A DNA stretch of 38,965 nt, from positions 1 through 38,965 of the forward strand of contig JAEOSZ010000109.1 of the NCBI GenBank assembly GCA_016840095.1, written 5' to 3'. A model generated the notes under the pieces. The model was not told the origin of the DNA and did no database searches. It was given only the letters and a program-made list of their open reading frames with translations. Position 1 is the stretch's first letter; every line of letters begins with the position of its first letter. Of this stretch, positions 8,363 through 17,795 are shown piece after piece. The stretch is from Candidatus Heimdallarchaeota archaeon. Its GTDB lineage: Archaea; Asgardarchaeota; Heimdallarchaeia; Heimdallarchaeales; Heimdallarchaeaceae. The position numbers and the translations under genes are program-made.

Positions 8363-10798
8363 TTAGTATTGACTTGGAGGACTTGCGGGAGTTTTTGATT
8401 TTATTTTAGGAATAACTACCCTAAATACTACAAATACTAAAATACCAAGACCAATAACTCCACCTATTGCAGCTAATGCAATTATTCCAGCTAGACCTAA
8501 TCCTTTAGATATTATTGATGCCATTGATTCAATTGGGGCACATGCATAAGGTGTGAATACAAACTCAACATTGCCACTCAGATCGATGTGTTCAACTCCA
8601 AACATGAAAATCATATTAGGATCTAGCACTCGAAATTCTGTATCAAAAGTAACACGGGTGATGTTAGAACTATCATAATTGAAGTTGAAAGTTGAATCTC
8701 CGATATCTAAAGAATAATATTTATTCCAGACAGAATAGAACCAGACAAAGCTGTTAAAGTATGCATCATAATTCATGAAGTTGTACATAGTACTATCCAT
8801 TAGTCCATTTTCAATTACAATATCAACCCTATACCAAGTATTTTCAGGAACTGTAGCACGAATGAGATAGTAGTCGTATTCGTTTGTTGTGTTATCGAAA
8901 GCATCACTTAATGAGAATCTTCCTTCTTTATCAACAACTGGTTCAAAGTATTTTACATTGACATCGTCGAAATCTTCAGGTAACCCTGAATCTGTTTTGA
9001 ATTGGAGTTCTACAGCCTCTGGATCAGTGAATGCTAATCCCTTTGGTCCAGCATATCCAGTATTGTTGTAAACATCCAGTACTTCAAACAAAATGTAACG
9101 TATGGTTGGTTCTCCAGTTGAAAGGAAATTAAGAATCTGTAAATCATTAAATGGATATCCTTCATAAACTCCATCCACTTGTTGATTACCAACAGTTGTA
9201 GTACCACTAGTCCAATCAAGGATTGGATTATTTTCAAGATAGGTAGTATATGCAAAATCTACAGTTCTGTTTTGTTGTGTCAGTAAGCTGAAATTGTAGT
9301 TATGATAAGCAAAATCTGTGTGTGTAACCTTATAAAGTCGTAAATTCGATGGATCTCCATCTCGTTTACTAACTGTAAAGCTTGTTGAATCTACAAAATC
9401 CTCTGCAAGTACTGCATTATATTCAAGATTGAAATCGTATAAACCTTCGTATGGATTAAAGAAGTAATAATACCCAGGCTGAAGCAGTAACATTGTCGGA
9501 TTAATACCGTTAGTGTTTATTGTATAATAGTTTCCAAACATTAAATTCTTATCTCTATAACTCACCATCCAAAGAGTGTGTGATCCAGATGAAATATTGA
9601 AATAAGCAATTTGAGTTTGTCTTACATCTATTCCAAAACTAATGTAGTTATCTTCATATTCATAGATTTCTCCTGGTTGTAATTTTAGAGTGTCCAGCTC
9701 ATTAACAGCAAATATGTAATCGAATTCAACATAGTCATTATTGTCTCTTTCTGCAGTAATGTATACAAGAACTTTTGTGTCATAATCGAAACTGAATATA
9801 GCTGTATCAGCATATGATGACCCAATATTGAGGTTTAGATATTGAGGTGATGATGCTGACTCATAATACAAACTAGGAATGTAAACATATGCATTTGATG
9901 ATATACCTCCATCAAATCTAATATACTTAAACTCGTAAACACCTTTTGGAATATTCACAAAGTAAGCATCTACACTTTCCGAATTATCGTTATCTACAAA
10001 AACTTGTCTTGCTTCATCCCATATGTTATTTGGATCATTAACAAATGAACCAGCTACAAAGTCTCCTGCAGATATTGAGGATACGTCAATTTTAACAGGA
10101 TCAAACACAACATAATTATTAGAGTTAGAGTAAAGGTAGATGTAATAATCACCAGATCCTCTAGCTGCCAGAGGTTGTATATTTCGTGTTTCACCATTAA
10201 TAGATCCAGATCTGCTTAAGTAATCATTGTAATAAATATAGTATGAAACAGAATTGATTGATTTCAAATTTAAGTCGTACATGTCTCCAGCTTGTAAATG
10301 AACTTTGAAAACATAGTAAGTATCTTGTTCCATTTCAATAGCTGTTTCTGAGCCCATAGAAAGTGTTCCTTGGTCGTTTACACCTGTTGTAAAAATCAAA
10401 TTTGCTTCTGTACCAGTATCATTTTCTGCTTGAACATATATAGGATGATATTCCCAAACTGATTGTTCAACATCATATCTAGCATAGTCATCATAATATG
10501 TATTTGCTAGATTCGTTCTAAAAATAGATGTATCATTTGCCATACCATGTGAAGCTGTGCCAATTTCTTCTTTTACATAATTCACAGTTGTAGCATATTG
10601 AGTTTCTAACAGTTGGTTTTCTCTTAGACGGTTACCATCAAGAACCCCATATCCTACATTATCGTAATAATTTAACGATACTTCATTAGTTTCATTCAAA
10701 TCATAAGCTAATGAATTTATTGAAATGAAAGTAAATGAAACAAGAAGGGAAGTGAGAATGTAAAAAAGAGCTATTTTTTTCTTTTTTTGATTAATCAT
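8363..10798 (-). CDS. Large secreted, C-terminally membrane-anchored surface protein of unknown function
   Basis: Basic plus hydrophobic signal peptide (QKKKKIALFYIL...SLA), Tyr/Asn/Asp-rich beta-strand ectodomain with many N-x-S/T sequons, Gly-rich C-terminal TM helix, short tail KIKSKTPASPPSQY. Confidence 0.8.
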   Translation of the reverse strand: MINQKKKKIALFYILTSLLVSFTFISINSLAYDLNETNEVSLNYYDNVGYGVLDGNRLRENQLLETQYATTVNYVKEEIGTASHGMANDTSIFRTNLANTYYDDYARYDVEQSVWEYHPIYVQAENDTGTEANLIFTTGVNDQGTLSMGSETAIEMEQDTYYVFKVHLQAGDMYDLNLKSINSVSYYIYYNDYLSRSGSINGETRNIQPLAARGSGDYYIYLYSNSNNYVVFDPVKIDVSSISAGDFVAGSFVNDPNNIWDEARQVFVDNDNSESVDAYFVNIPKGVYEFKYIRFDGGISSNAYVYIPSLYYESASSPQYLNLNIGSSYADTAIFSFDYDTKVLVYITAERDNNDYVEFDYIFAVNELDTLKLQPGEIYEYEDNYISFGIDVRQTQIAYFNISSGSHTLWMVSYRDKNLMFGNYYTINTNGINPTMLLLQPGYYYFFNPYEGLYDFNLEYNAVLAEDFVDSTSFTVSKRDGDPSNLRLYKVTHTDFAYHNYNFSLLTQQNRTVDFAYTTYLENNPILDWTSGTTTVGNQQVDGVYEGYPFNDLQILNFLSTGEPTIRYILFEVLDVYNNTGYAGPKGLAFTDPEAVELQFKTDSGLPEDFDDVNVKYFEPVVDKEGRFSLSDAFDNTTNEYDYYLIRATVPENTWYRVDIVIENGLMDSTMYNFMNYDAYFNSFVWFYSVWNKYYSLDIGDSTFNFNYDSSNITRVTFDTEFRVLDPNMIFMFGVEHIDLSGNVEFVFTPYACAPIESMASIISKGLGLAGIIALAAIGGVIGLGILVFVVFRVVIPKIKSKTPASPPSQY

Positions 10799-10893
10799 TT
10801 AAATCAAAAGAAAATATCGATTTTTAACTAAAAAAAGGTTGCGAAAGTTTTCTGCCAATTTCAAGTATAAATGTACTGCAAATAATTTCTGAA

Positions 10894-11703
10894 TTACTCT
10901 AAGCCTAGTTTTGACTGTATCTTTCTGACAACAGTTGAAAAAACCTCTTTTGTTTTATCATTCACCATAACTGCAGGTTTTCCTATGTCCCCGGCTTCAC
11001 AAATTTGGGATATTAGAGGGATGACACCTAGAAAATCTAAATTTAGTTGTTCTGCAATATTCTTTCCACCATCTTTTCTGAAGATATTTGTTATTTCATT
11101 ACAATGTGGACATACAAAGCCAGACATGTTCTCTACTATTCCTAATATAGGGACTTTGGTCTCTTGTGCAAAGTTGATTGATTTAGTAACATCAAGCAAT
11201 GAAACGGCCTGAGGAGTTGTAACAATAACCATTCCATCAAGATCTTTGATTATTTGAACTATACTTAAAGGTTCATCACTACTTCCAGGAGGTAAGTCAA
11301 CTATAAGGAAATCTAATTCACCCCAATTAACATCTGCAAGAAGCTGTTTAAGAGCTTTGATTTTCATTGGTCCCCGCCATATAACAGCTTTTGTTTTATC
11401 TTGGAGTAAGAACTCAATGGACACAATTTTTATCCCTCCAGTATTAACAGGAATAATCTTGTTGTCATCTGTTGTCATCTGTTGATCTTCTACACCAAAC
11501 ATCAGTGGCACATTAGGACCAGTAATGTCAGCATCTAGCACTCCAACTTTGTATCCTTCATTTGAAAGAGTTTGAGCTATGTTTACAGCAACTGTTGTCT
11601 TTCCAGTTCCCCCTTTACCACTTAAAATAGCAATTTTATGCTTAATTTTTCTAAGTGTTTCTTCAATCTTTTTATCTTCCTCAGTTTGTGCATTCAAGTG
11701 CAT
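10894..11703 (-). CDS. mrp: Mrp/NBP35 (ApbC) Fe-S cluster carrier ATPase
   Basis: SGKGGTGKT, DADITGP, WRGP, DLPPG, VTTPQ, ENMSGFVCPHC. Start at 11703 is preceded by GGTGA; the ORF track extends to 11775. Confidence 0.93.
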   Translation of the reverse strand: MHLNAQTEEDKKIEETLRKIKHKIAILSGKGGTGKTTVAVNIAQTLSNEGYKVGVLDADITGPNVPLMFGVEDQQMTTDDNKIIPVNTGGIKIVSIEFLLQDKTKAVIWRGPMKIKALKQLLADVNWGELDFLIVDLPPGSSDEPLSIVQIIKDLDGMVIVTTPQAVSLLDVTKSINFAQETKVPILGIVENMSGFVCPHCNEITNIFRKDGGKNIAEQLNLDFLGVIPLISQICEAGDIGKPAVMVNDKTKEVFSTVVRKIQSKLGLE

Positions 11704-11855
11704 TTCATCACCAATTTCACCTAAATCTCTAATCGTTAGCCTTAAAAATTCGATGCTTTGTCCATGAAATTTCATATTCTTGGTATAAGATTTTTAAATA
11801 GTATATTTCCACTATATCTGAATTCATCTGAATTTTCCTCTTAACAGGTGAGAGA

Positions 11856-13199
11856 ATGAACGACAAACACTATGATGTTGTAATAGTTGGAGCTGGAATA
11901 TTTGGAATGGCTACAGCTTATCACTTAAAGAAAGAAAATGCACAACTTTCTATGCTGGTTGTAGATAAAGCTGCTCAAGCAGGAGCAGGAAACACCGCGC
12001 AATCAGCAGCAATGTATCGAGACACATTTTCTTCAGAAGTCAATCTATTACTTAGTAGCACAACTAGAGATTTCTTCAAGTATGTTCAGAATGACTTGGA
12101 AATAGATCTATCTCTAAGAGATATTACTTATCTTTGGTTAATGGACAGATTACAGTTTGAGAAAAACAAGAATGCTATTGAAATTATGTTAGAAAATAAA
12201 GTACGAATAGAGATACTAGATAAAAGTGATATAAAACAAAAAATACCCAGTCTTGTAACTGATTTTGATGACAATGAAGAAGCCCAGTTACTTAATCTAA
12301 AAAATATAGACTACGGTCTTCTTGGATATGATTGTGGAGAACTTGATGCAGATAAAATAACTCGAGATTTCTATGAAGCTGAATTCAAAAAAATGGGAGG
12401 AGAAAGTCTTTACAATACAACAGTCACCAAACTGATTTTAGAACCTAAAGGTGAAAAGCTTGGGATTCCAGGAGAACCTGTTGGTTGGCAGGAAAAAAAG
12501 ATTGGCGGAGCATTAACAAGTAATGGAGACACAATCAAATCAGATTGTTTTATCATTGCAACTGGGGCTTGGGCTAATGAACTTCTTTTACCTATAGGCG
12601 TAAATTGTCATACAATGCCAATAAAGAAATATTTGTTCAGAGTACAACATTCAAAATTAGCCAATTTCTTAGATAATATTCACTTTAATGGGGAGAATAC
12701 AATACCATTTTTCATTTTCCCAGTTCATGGGATTCATCTAAAACCAGTAAAATACAACAATAGTATCTGGATAGGAGGTGGATCCCTTATAGGAAAGCCA
12801 TATATCATGACTAAACCAGAGGAAATAACTCTTGAAGATAATCCTTTAGATGATACTCAAGCAAATGATAGAGATTATGAATTTGATAGATATTTGATCT
12901 TATCTGAATATTTACCCATTCTAAAAGATGTACCACTAACAAATTCTTGGGGGGGATTTTATGCAATGAATACAATTGATAAAAATCCTGTTGTATTCAA
13001 ACCAAAAGGAATCAAGGGATTACAAGTGGTTGCTTCTGGTTCAGGTAGTGGAATAATGAAAGCAGATGCAATTGGAAGAATTGCTTCTGCATTGTTTAAC
13101 AACGAGGAGTATGCAGAGCTATTTGGAGGATCCAAATTCAAAGTATCTAGATTAGGTTTAGAAAAGAGAGATGTTGACAAAGAAGATTTTGTAATTTGA
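11856..13199 (+). CDS. FAD-dependent oxidoreductase, DAO / sarcosine oxidase beta / dye-linked proline dehydrogenase family
   Basis: GAGIFG dinucleotide motif, GNTAQSAAM, ATGAW, WGGFY, SGSGIMKADAIGR. AGGTGA RBS upstream. Confidence 0.87.
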   Translation: MNDKHYDVVIVGAGIFGMATAYHLKKENAQLSMLVVDKAAQAGAGNTAQSAAMYRDTFSSEVNLLLSSTTRDFFKYVQNDLEIDLSLRDITYLWLMDRLQFEKNKNAIEIMLENKVRIEILDKSDIKQKIPSLVTDFDDNEEAQLLNLKNIDYGLLGYDCGELDADKITRDFYEAEFKKMGGESLYNTTVTKLILEPKGEKLGIPGEPVGWQEKKIGGALTSNGDTIKSDCFIIATGAWANELLLPIGVNCHTMPIKKYLFRVQHSKLANFLDNIHFNGENTIPFFIFPVHGIHLKPVKYNNSIWIGGGSLIGKPYIMTKPEEITLEDNPLDDTQANDRDYEFDRYLILSEYLPILKDVPLTNSWGGFYAMNTIDKNPVVFKPKGIKGLQVVASGSGSGIMKADAIGRIASALFNNEEYAELFGGSKFKVSRLGLEKRDVDKEDFVI

Positions 13200-13256
13200 A
13201 ATAGATTCTAAGAAATTAAGCCAAAACTATATAAAATTGCAGAATTTCTAATACTC

Positions 13257-14354
13257 ATGGTTTGGATTTCGTATGGAATAGGGATAGTATCAATATTCTT
13301 CCTACTCCTTGGGGCAATTCTGGTAATCGGGAAGCAAATACGAACTTCATCATTATCAGCGTATTTCTTTTTATCCCTGATTCTTTGTGTAATGGGATGG
13401 ATAATTAGTAATATTTTTGTTGTCTATTTAAGTCAGAGAGCAAGAGAAAGTGACGCCTTATTTGCTTCAAGATTTGCTACAATAATTAGTATGGTAGGTA
13501 TGATTGCAACTGTCTTATTTGCTCTAACAGTAAGCCCTAGACAGAGATTCAACCCTATAATTATCTCTATTGCCATATTTCTTTTAGGAGGAGTTATAGG
13601 ATTAACAGTCTCAGGAGATTATACAGTAACTCTGTTACCAGTTATAGGAGGAGACTATTATTTTTACATTGCTCAGACAAGTATAACCTGGGTTATTTTT
13701 GATACAGGACTAGTGCTATTTGCAGGAACTGTGTTTCTTGTGTATTTAGCTAAGCAAAGAGGTTTCGTAGAGGAAAAACATCAAAGAGTCATTGAAATTA
13801 TGATTTTAGGAGTTATTGTAGCTTACTTCTTTAGCGCCATTCTATTTGCAACAACAAAAATAATCTACGCAATCACTGGAGAAATAATGTTATTACATAT
13901 GGAATGGGGATCGGTTGCAGTAGGAGCACTAATAATAGGCATTTCAATTTATATGGGAGGAATAGAAGCTTTTTACTATTCTACAGAAATTCATTCGATT
14001 GACATTTTTGATAAAGCTGGAAGTTCTATATATTCAGCATCCGCAAAAAAGAGGTTGAAGGCAAGGAATCATACGATTCTTAGTATAACGACGGCTTTTT
14101 CTGAATTTGCGGGAGAATTAATAGGAAAAGATGTATATCCCAAAGAAATTGATTTAGGAGATTCTTCACTTATGATTGAAACAAAGGATAATTTTGTTTG
14201 CTTCTTGTGTAGCAGAATACCAACAACATATTTACGTCAAGCTATAAAGCATCTTCTTGAGGATTTAACACCAAATATATCAGAAACAGATATATCTTCC
14301 TTAGTAGAAAAATATCTAGCATTTCAACCGATTTTATCTAATCAAATCGAGTAG
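13257..14354 (+). CDS. 7-TM membrane protein with C-terminal longin-like domain
   Basis: Seven hydrophobic segments in aa ~1-235, then IHSIDIFDKAGSSIYS...ITTAFSEFAGEL...KEIDLGDSSLMIE..DNFVCFLCS...LRQAIKHLLE, a beta-beta-alpha-beta-beta-beta-alpha-alpha pattern typical of longin folds. Confidence 0.7.
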   Translation: MVWISYGIGIVSIFFLLLGAILVIGKQIRTSSLSAYFFLSLILCVMGWIISNIFVVYLSQRARESDALFASRFATIISMVGMIATVLFALTVSPRQRFNPIIISIAIFLLGGVIGLTVSGDYTVTLLPVIGGDYYFYIAQTSITWVIFDTGLVLFAGTVFLVYLAKQRGFVEEKHQRVIEIMILGVIVAYFFSAILFATTKIIYAITGEIMLLHMEWGSVAVGALIIGISIYMGGIEAFYYSTEIHSIDIFDKAGSSIYSASAKKRLKARNHTILSITTAFSEFAGELIGKDVYPKEIDLGDSSLMIETKDNFVCFLCSRIPTTYLRQAIKHLLEDLTPNISETDISSLVEKYLAFQPILSNQIE

Positions 14355-14357
14355 AAT

Positions 14358-14384
14358 CTTTTTCTTTTTCTTTTTCTTTTTCTT
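14358..14384 (+). terminator. (TTTTTC)n oligo-T terminator
   Basis: About four tandem TTTTTC units directly after the TAG stop. Confidence 0.6.
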
Positions 14385-14398
14385 CAAAAGCTTAATAA
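14385..14398 (+). promoter_or_regulatory. BRE-TATA promoter (CAAAAG-CTTAATAA)
   Basis: Purine-rich BRE followed by a TTAATAA box. The predicted TSS ~14421-14422 coincides with the 5' base of the downstream hairpin. Confidence 0.5.
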
Positions 14399-14421
14399 GG
14401 GAATGATGTGTCCTTATATTA

Positions 14422-14488
14422 GGAGACCAAAATGGGGTATCGCGTTCTTCTTAACTGAATTGAAGGATATCTGTATTAGTGGTCTCCA
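14422..14488 (+). ncRNA. Candidate small structured ncRNA / leader RNA
   Basis: Terminal stem GGAGACCA (14422-29) / TGGTCTCC (14480-87), internal loop, second stem GGGTATC/GATATCT, apical TTCTTC..GAATTGAA pairing. Promoter upstream and T-rich tract downstream. Confidence 0.45.
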
Positions 14489-14620
14489 GGTTTCTTATGT
14501 TTTTAACAGTTCAATAATGACTAAAGATAACGCTTTTAATAGGATGTTATTGTTTTTAGAAGAAGAGTTCAAAAGCTGTTACAAGAATGAAGAAATTCAC
14601 AAATCAAGGAGGTTTCCAAC

Positions 14621-17551
14621 ATGACTTTTCTAGATGAAATACGTGAAATTGAAAAAAAATGGCAAAAAAAATGGCAAGAAGACCAAATATTTGTTGGTAA
14701 TGTAGATAGCTCAAGACCTAAGTGGTTTTTAACTGTATCCTATCCCTATGTTCAAGCTCCTTTTCATATAGGTCATAGTCGGACTTATGGATTAGGAGAT
14801 ATCTTTGCTCGTTACAAAAGACAAAGAGGATTTAATGTTTTATGGCCAATGGGATTTCATATTACAGGCACACCTGTCCTCGCTGTATCTTGGAAAATTA
14901 AGAATAAAGATGAAAACGAATGGGAAAAATATCGTGATTATGTCTCAATCTATGAAGATGATGAGCAAAGAATAGAAGAACTAGTTGCTTCTTTTGCAGA
15001 GCCTGAAAATGTAGCAAATTATTTCTCCGAAAAAATAATCAATGATTTTCTCCTAATGGGATATTCACTTGATACTACAAGACAATTCACTACAGGTGAT
15101 AAAGATTATAATAAATTCATTGAGTGGCAGTATTTTAAACTAGATGATAAAAATCTTATTTCAAAAGGAAACCATCCAATTCTATGGTGTGTGAATGATA
15201 AAAATGCTGTTGGTGAAGATGATATACAATCAGGGGATGAACTAAAAGTAGAAGTTTCTGAATTTGTTGGTATTAAGTTTAAACTTGATAATGGAACATT
15301 TCTAGTTGCAGCAACTCTTCGTCCTGAAACTATATATGGTGCAACCAATGTTTGGATTCACCCTGAAGCTTCATACAATGAAATTACAATTAATAGTGAG
15401 AAATGGATAGTTTCTAAAGAAGCTACTATGAAGTTAATAGAACAAAATCATGAGATTGAGATTATAAGAGAATTAGAAGGTAAAGAATTATTGGATAAGA
15501 ATGTTGAAGTTCCTCTAACAAAAGCCAAAATACCAATTTATCCTGCAATTTTTGTTGATACTGATCATGCTACCGGAGTTGTGTATAGCGTCCCAGGTCA
15601 TGCACCTTATGATTATGCAGCTTTAATGGATTTGCAAAAAGATGAAGAAACCATCTTGAGTTACAACTTGGATTCAGAGAAGTTAAAGCAAATTAATCCG
15701 ATATCTTTGATAGAAGTAAAAGAATATGGAGAATTTCCTGCTGTTGAAATATGCCAAAAATTGGGAATAGAATCTCAAAAAGATACTGAAAAATTAGAAG
15801 AAGCTACTCAGACAATCTACAAAGATGAATATTATTCTGGAAAAATGAAGGATAATACTGGAGAATTTAAAGGATTAAAAGTTGAAGAAGCAAAGGATAG
15901 AGTTGCTTTTAGTCTATTAGAAATAAACCTAGCTGCACCAATATATGAACCATCTACTAAAGCATTTTGTAGATGTGGTGGTCAAATTGTTGTTGCTATA
16001 ATCCAGAATCAATACTTCTTGAATTATGGTGATAAAGAATGGAAGGAAGGTGCTTTCAAAGCATTAGATAAGATGCGTATCATCCCTGAAAAATACAGGT
16101 TAAGCTTTGAAAATACATTTCATTGGCTGAATCAAAGACCTTGTGTCAGAAGACGAGGATTAGGTACAGAATTTCCTTTTACTAAAGGAGAAGGATGGAT
16201 AATAGAATCTTTAAGTGACTCAGTCATCTACATGTCCTTCTATACTATCATCAGACATATTAGAACTAACAAGATTAAACCTGATCAACTTAAACCAGAA
16301 TTGTTTAGTTATGTGTTTCTGAATGAAGGAAACATCAAAGAAGTAAGTAAGAATACTTCAGTATCAGAAGACATTCTTAAACAGATGAAAGAAGAATTTG
16401 AGTACTGGTATCCAAATGACTTAAGACATACTGGTATTCATCATATCTCAAACCATTTGTCATTTGCAATTTTCCATCATGTTGCAGTATTCCCAGAAAA
16501 ATACTGGTTACCAGCGTTCTCAATAAATGAGATGCTCAGTTATGAAGGAGAAGCAATGAGCAAAAGTAGGGGAAACGTAATTCCCATAGCTCACATACCA
16601 AAAAGATATAGTGTCGATCTAACAAGATTGCATTTAGCTGCTGTTGCAACAGCAGATACTGTTGTAGATTGGAAAGAATCTGAGGTAAGTTTTGCCCAAC
16701 AAAGAATGAAGAAGTTTTGGGATTATGCATTAAGCATAATTGATGTGGAAAAGGCAAATGGGTATGATTGTTCTTTTCCATCTAAGGTATTTCTTTCTTC
16801 AGTCAAAACAAATCTAGAATTAGCAATAAAAGCAATTGAAAATTTCAATGTAAGAGACTATATTTTAGAGGGTTACTATACAAATATTAAAGCTATTGAT
16901 ACTTTTCAGAAACTAGCAGAACACTTACCTGAGGTTGAAAGAAAAGCTGTTCTAAGAGATGTTATTGAATTAATGGTTATTCTTATGGCTCCCGCTATTC
17001 CTCATATCTGTGAGGAATTAAATGAAAGAATGGGATATAGTGACTATGTTTCATTGAAGCTGATACCTGAAATAGAAATAACTGAAGAAGATAAAATCTA
17101 CGCTCTCCAAGCTAAATACATGGAAAATCTGATAGAGGATATTGAGCAAATTGTAAAGCTTGTCAAGAAACAACCAAAGAAAATTCATATCTACATAAAT
17201 GCAGATTGGAAGAATACATTGTATTCATTGGCTAATGATATTTTCAAAGAAGAAGCAGTTCAAATAAACAAAATTATGCCAGAAGCAAAAGCCAACAAAG
17301 AACTAAGTAACTATATGAAAGAAGTTGCAAACGAAGCAAAACTAATGTTAAAGGATCCCACAATATTCAGAATTAAGATGCTTAATTCAGAAGATCAGAA
17401 GAAAGCAATTGAAGGGTATCTGAAATTTATCAGTAAAAAATATGGTGGCTCAGAAATCTTGATTCATCTAGCAGATGATAAAGAGATTTACGATCCTCAA
17501 AATAAAGCTTCAAAAGCTAGGCCAATGAAACCAGCTCTGTTGTTGGAATAA
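14621..17551 (+). CDS. leuS: Leucine--tRNA ligase, archaeal/eukaryotic type
   Basis: YPY..PFHIGH, ATLRPET and SVPGHAPYDY (CP1 editing), IESLSDS, YWYP, AMSKS, C-terminal KARPMKP. AGGAGG RBS. Confidence 0.96.
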   Translation: MTFLDEIREIEKKWQKKWQEDQIFVGNVDSSRPKWFLTVSYPYVQAPFHIGHSRTYGLGDIFARYKRQRGFNVLWPMGFHITGTPVLAVSWKIKNKDENEWEKYRDYVSIYEDDEQRIEELVASFAEPENVANYFSEKIINDFLLMGYSLDTTRQFTTGDKDYNKFIEWQYFKLDDKNLISKGNHPILWCVNDKNAVGEDDIQSGDELKVEVSEFVGIKFKLDNGTFLVAATLRPETIYGATNVWIHPEASYNEITINSEKWIVSKEATMKLIEQNHEIEIIRELEGKELLDKNVEVPLTKAKIPIYPAIFVDTDHATGVVYSVPGHAPYDYAALMDLQKDEETILSYNLDSEKLKQINPISLIEVKEYGEFPAVEICQKLGIESQKDTEKLEEATQTIYKDEYYSGKMKDNTGEFKGLKVEEAKDRVAFSLLEINLAAPIYEPSTKAFCRCGGQIVVAIIQNQYFLNYGDKEWKEGAFKALDKMRIIPEKYRLSFENTFHWLNQRPCVRRRGLGTEFPFTKGEGWIIESLSDSVIYMSFYTIIRHIRTNKIKPDQLKPELFSYVFLNEGNIKEVSKNTSVSEDILKQMKEEFEYWYPNDLRHTGIHHISNHLSFAIFHHVAVFPEKYWLPAFSINEMLSYEGEAMSKSRGNVIPIAHIPKRYSVDLTRLHLAAVATADTVVDWKESEVSFAQQRMKKFWDYALSIIDVEKANGYDCSFPSKVFLSSVKTNLELAIKAIENFNVRDYILEGYYTNIKAIDTFQKLAEHLPEVERKAVLRDVIELMVILMAPAIPHICEELNERMGYSDYVSLKLIPEIEITEEDKIYALQAKYMENLIEDIEQIVKLVKKQPKKIHIYINADWKNTLYSLANDIFKEEAVQINKIMPEAKANKELSNYMKEVANEAKLMLKDPTIFRIKMLNSEDQKKAIEGYLKFISKKYGGSEILIHLADDKEIYDPQNKASKARPMKPALLLE

Positions 17552-17556
17552 CACAG

Positions 17557-17578
17557 TTTTTCTTTTTTTATTTTTTTG
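17557..17578 (+). terminator. Hairpin plus oligo-T terminator after leuS
   Basis: T tract right after the stop, preceded by a short inverted repeat spanning the stop. Confidence 0.55.
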
Positions 17579-17795
17579 CTAATTTTGGCTATTTCTCAAG
17601 AATTTTAATGTTTCATGGCCATATAATATTGCATAAAGGGTAGGTTTTTAAAGGTATGAATTGCAATTACAAACTGACATAAATACAATTACAAAAACGC
17701 AATATTTTATGTTCATAAAAGGAAGGTAATATTAAATACTCCTTCACACTACATAAACTGCGACAGGTAAATTGTTTAGCTGTGGGGCTAAAAAA

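Noticed and set aside
8363-8390. PPxY (WW/ESCRT late-domain) motif in the surface protein tail
   Set aside because: The sequence is PPSQY, one residue too long for PPxY. Only PxxP is strictly present.
14358-14384. Microsatellite / phase-variable repeat (TTTTTC)n
   Set aside because: It lies directly after a stop codon like the other T-tracts, so a terminator explains it better.
14402-14458. C/D box sRNA (ATGATGT ... CTGA, ~55 nt)
   Set aside because: Box C is imperfect, no convincing D'/C' boxes, and it would start upstream of the predicted TSS and conflict with the stronger hairpin.
14422-14488. Canonical tRNA gene
   Set aside because: An acceptor-like stem is present, but there are no D arm, anticodon arm or TPsiC (GTTCRA) motifs on either strand, and it folds as a rod.
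14403-14624. 73-aa ORF upstream of leuS
   Set aside because: Its start lies only ~5 nt after the TATA box, it has no recognisable motif, and it overlaps the structured element and probable leuS promoter.
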